A stretch of DNA of 20,967 nucleotides. It comes from Chlamydiales bacterium (lineage in GTDB: Bacteria > Chlamydiota > Chlamydiia > Chlamydiales > JBDQID01). The position numbers and the translations under genes were made by a program. Below the pieces are notes generated by a model, which worked only from the letters and a program-made list of their open reading frames with translations, was not told the origin of the DNA and searched no databases. Location of the stretch: assembly GCA_047611865.1 (NCBI GenBank), contig JBLFWS010000049.1, forward strand, positions 1-20,967, written 5' to 3'. This document shows positions 18,243-20,967 of this stretch, piece after piece. The first letter of the stretch is position 1; each line of letters starts with the position of its first letter.

Positions 18243-19085
18243 ATGGTCACCACGGAAATTAATAAAACCGAGACTTCCCAAGAAACAAAAGAAAATTATA
18301 TCGATATCCCCCTCAACGAGCCCGTCTCAGAAATTGCAAAAAGAATTGACCGTGAAAAGGTTGAAGGCTTCCTCAGTCACGAAGAAGGTGAACTCCTCCA
18401 TTATCTTGCACGCTCCTGCCCCGAAAATGGAACTATCGTTGAAATTGGTTCCTGGAAAGGCCGCTCAACAGCATGGATGGGAAGAGGCGTTAAAGTAGCT
18501 TCCAATAACGCTCATATCTTCGCTATTGACCCTCATACAGGCTCTCCAGAGCACCAACTCAACGCCATTGAAGTTTACACTTTTACAGAGTTCAAAAATA
18601 ACATTCGTAATATGGGTGTTGAGGATGTCATCACTCCCATCGTTGCCTTCTCCGACAAAGCCGCCAAAGATTTCGATCGTTCTGTTGACTTACTTTTCAT
18701 CGATGGTGCCCATGAATACGAAGCGGTAAAACTCGATTTTGACACCTGGTTCCCAAAATTAAAAATTGGGGCGACCATCGCTTTCCATGATTCTGTGGGA
18801 GAGGGATGGCCAGGAGTACAGCAATTGGTTCGTGAGAAAATCTACAGCAGTGACCGTTTTGAAAATGTGCGGTTTATCGGCTCTATCACCTACGCTACAA
18901 AGGTGAAAGAAAAAGAGGGTGGAGAAAGCTATACCAATAAAGCGATCTTTGGCTTGAAATGTATCCATGATGTCCGAAAAAAAATACCTCAACCATTCCG
19001 CAACTTGGAACGCCTTATTATTACAAAGTGCTTTCAAAAAAATTGGATGAAAGCTGAAAGAAGAAAGTCTCTTAAATCACCGTGA
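18243..19085 (+). CDS. class I SAM-dependent methyltransferase (Methyltransf_24-like)
   Basis: VEIGSWKGRST, AIDPH, LLFIDGAHEYEAVKLD, AFHD, WPGV motifs; GGAGGAG RBS. Confidence 0.88.
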   Translation: MVTTEINKTETSQETKENYIDIPLNEPVSEIAKRIDREKVEGFLSHEEGELLHYLARSCPENGTIVEIGSWKGRSTAWMGRGVKVASNNAHIFAIDPHTGSPEHQLNAIEVYTFTEFKNNIRNMGVEDVITPIVAFSDKAAKDFDRSVDLLFIDGAHEYEAVKLDFDTWFPKLKIGATIAFHDSVGEGWPGVQQLVREKIYSSDRFENVRFIGSITYATKVKEKEGGESYTNKAIFGLKCIHDVRKKIPQPFRNLERLIITKCFQKNWMKAERRKSLKSP

Positions 19086-19201
19086 CTCTAACCTCAGTTC
19101 GATCTTGAAAAAATATACAATTTAAAGGGTTAAGGACATAATTTCTTGATATTTTGGATTTTGAAAAAAGGAATAACAACCCATGAATATGGTGTGAACA
19201 T

Positions 19202-20452
19202 TTGAAAAAAATAGTAATCTACTCCATCTTGCTTTTCATAGGATTGATTTTTTCTCAATTTCTTCCTCTCTTAGGCGAGGAATCCTACCTGCCTGTTCAT
19301 TTCGTGGTGAGACAGTTCACTATGGTAGCTCTTGCCTTTATTATGATACATGTCGGTTTAGAGTTTCGCATAGAAAAAGATCGCTTAGAGGAGTACGGAA
19401 AAGACTATTTCGTCGCTTTTACGACGGCAACACTTCCTTGGATTTTTTGTTCTATTTACTTCGTTTATAATATACCCCATCACGAAACACTTACTTCTTA
19501 TCAAATCTGGACGGAAAGCTTTCTTGTTGGTCGTTTCGCTGCTCCCACTTCCGCTGGAGTTCTCTTTACTATGTTAGCTGGAGCTGGTTTAGCTCATACT
19601 TGGTTATTCCGAAAAGCTAGAATTTTAGCTATTTTTGATGACTTGGATACAATTTTATTGATGATTCCACTCAAGATGTTTTTGGTGGGCCTGCATTGGG
19701 AACTGTTTGTGGTAATCATTTTCTTAGTTTCGCTTCTCATCATTGCTTGGAAAAAATTGCATCGCATTTCACTTCCTCTGAATTGGTACTGGATGCTGTG
19801 CTATTCGCTTGTTACTGTGGCATTTTGCGAAATTGTGTATATTTTAACAAAATCCATGGATGGTTTGATGACCATCCACCTTGAAGTTTTACTTCCAGCA
19901 TTTGTCGTCGGCTGTGTACTGGCTTACCCAGATAAGGATGAAAAAAAACTTCATGTCCTTCTAGAAAAACCGTTGGAAAAACGTGTTCAACTGGCAATTT
20001 CTGCTGTTTTTATGTTACTGGTAGGACTGGCAATGCCACCAGTTTTACTCGATGCAGCTGCTTTTCAAAACTTAGAAGATCGAGGATGGATGGAAGTCAT
20101 TACTGAAACTCCTCACTTGATATTCCGCTCAAATGGCTTAATGCCCTTTTCTAGCTTGGCTATTCATACCCTCGTTGTTACGTTTCTTGCAAACTTAGGG
20201 AAAATGTTTCCTGCCTTTTGTTACCGCAATGAAGCCAGTCTGAGGGAACGGTTTGCATTATCCTTATGCATGTGCTCGCGAGGTGAAGTCAGTGCTGGAA
20301 TCATCGTAGTCTCTTTGAGCCTTGTCTCTTTTGTCGAAAGCCCCATAATTACCATCGCTATGCTGTCTTTGGTCCTTAATTTTCTTTTAATTGGACCTAT
20401 CATTGGAGTGATCAAATGGTTGACCTCACCGAGGACCAACAGATCCATTTGA
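19202..20452 (+). CDS. cation:proton antiporter (CPA / Na+/H+ exchanger family)
   Basis: About 11-12 hydrophobic segments; IMIHVGLEF, APTSAGV, LAIFDDLD, LGKM, RGEVSAG motifs; TTG start. Confidence 0.85.
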   Translation: MKKIVIYSILLFIGLIFSQFLPLLGEESYLPVHFVVRQFTMVALAFIMIHVGLEFRIEKDRLEEYGKDYFVAFTTATLPWIFCSIYFVYNIPHHETLTSYQIWTESFLVGRFAAPTSAGVLFTMLAGAGLAHTWLFRKARILAIFDDLDTILLMIPLKMFLVGLHWELFVVIIFLVSLLIIAWKKLHRISLPLNWYWMLCYSLVTVAFCEIVYILTKSMDGLMTIHLEVLLPAFVVGCVLAYPDKDEKKLHVLLEKPLEKRVQLAISAVFMLLVGLAMPPVLLDAAAFQNLEDRGWMEVITETPHLIFRSNGLMPFSSLAIHTLVVTFLANLGKMFPAFCYRNEASLRERFALSLCMCSRGEVSAGIIVVSLSLVSFVESPIITIAMLSLVLNFLLIGPIIGVIKWLTSPRTNRSI

Positions 20453-20620
20453 TTTTGAAGAAATCCGCAGGATTGCATAACCTAAAATGGCTGAAATCAA
20501 AGAGCCAATGACGATACCAATCCTTTCTTTTGTGGTATTAGTGATGCCGCCCTGTTCAAAGGCGAGTGAAGAAATAAAAAGACCCGTGGTAAAACCAACG
20601 CCACATAATATGGTAACATA
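20426..20620 (-). pseudogene. nhaA: nhaA Na+/H+ antiporter C-terminal remnant
   Basis: ILCGVGFTTGLFISSLAF..ERIGIVIGSLISAILGYAILR fits the NhaA C-terminus LCGIGFTMSxFIxxLAF..KLGILxGSxxSAxxGYxxLR; the rest of the gene is absent. Confidence 0.75.
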
Positions 20621-20842
20621 GCCGATAACTCCCGAGGCAATGATGGCAATCATCATCCAACTCATCGTCTGAGTACAGGCCCTTGCCCTTGTGGGCTTAG
20701 AAATAAAGGCCGTTGATAGCGGAATAATTTCACGTCCTTCCCACTGAGCTGCTACTCCGGATTCAGATACAGGTTTTCCTATTACTGAAAGGACAGGCTA
20801 GTAAGAAGTATTATCTGGACTATCAATTTCGATTGAAAGATT

Positions 20843-20967
20843 CGGCATGGTTCAATTCAAGGTAACACTTTTTTCCTAAGCCTATAGGCTGTCTGACCAA
20901 AATCTCGGATGACTTAAGAGAAGCGAAGGAATTTGTGATTATGTAACTGAGTCATGCCCGATCTTCT
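20843..20967 (-). mobile_element. MITE-like non-coding element, copy 2 (inverted relative to 616-739), running to the window end
   Basis: Reverse complement matches 616-739 with 3 substitutions and a 1-nt indel in an A-run. Confidence 0.8.

Noticed and set aside
2703..19997. Numerous 60-101 aa alternative-frame and antisense ORFs in the track
   Set aside because: They overlap well-supported genes and show no recognisable motifs; treated as shadow ORFs
20426..20665. Intact 79-aa small membrane protein
   Set aside because: Better explained as a truncated NhaA C-terminus
1..20967. tRNA, rRNA, riboswitch, integrase or phage genes
   Set aside because: None recognised by eye; a covariance-model scan would be needed to exclude small RNAs

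Overview
AT-rich bacterial accessory region; host unknown, with environmental Chlamydiae only a weak guess from the orphan ORFs. Order of content: 3' end of a partial CDS, a REP-like palindrome cluster, a ~120-bp MITE-like element whose near-identical inverted copy lies at the far end of the window, an orphan membrane protein, an HMG-CoA lyase-family gene, an outer-membrane beta-barrel plus YfiR/DUF4154 pair lacking a cognate sensor, an orphan ORF, a frameshifted IS4 (IS50-like) element inserted in a 9-nt tandem repeat, the formaldehyde-detoxification pair frmA-fghA, a REC-HPt-REC-REC-GGDEF(degenerate)-REC regulator followed by an FGGY kinase, a decayed GxxExxY (PD-(D/E)xK) cassette bounded by 28-bp inverted repeats and split by an IS630, an ovothiol locus, a cation/proton antiporter and a convergent nhaA remnant. 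The best novelty candidate is the ovothiol locus: ovoA overlaps a class-V PLP enzyme lacking the desulfurase Cys and is followed by a second SAM methyltransferase. Next are the chimeric-looking barrel-YfiR module with a possible c-di-GMP receptor, the inverted-repeat GxxExxY cassette, and the inverted MITE pair bracketing ~20 kb. All family calls come from motif recognition by eye; no searches were run.
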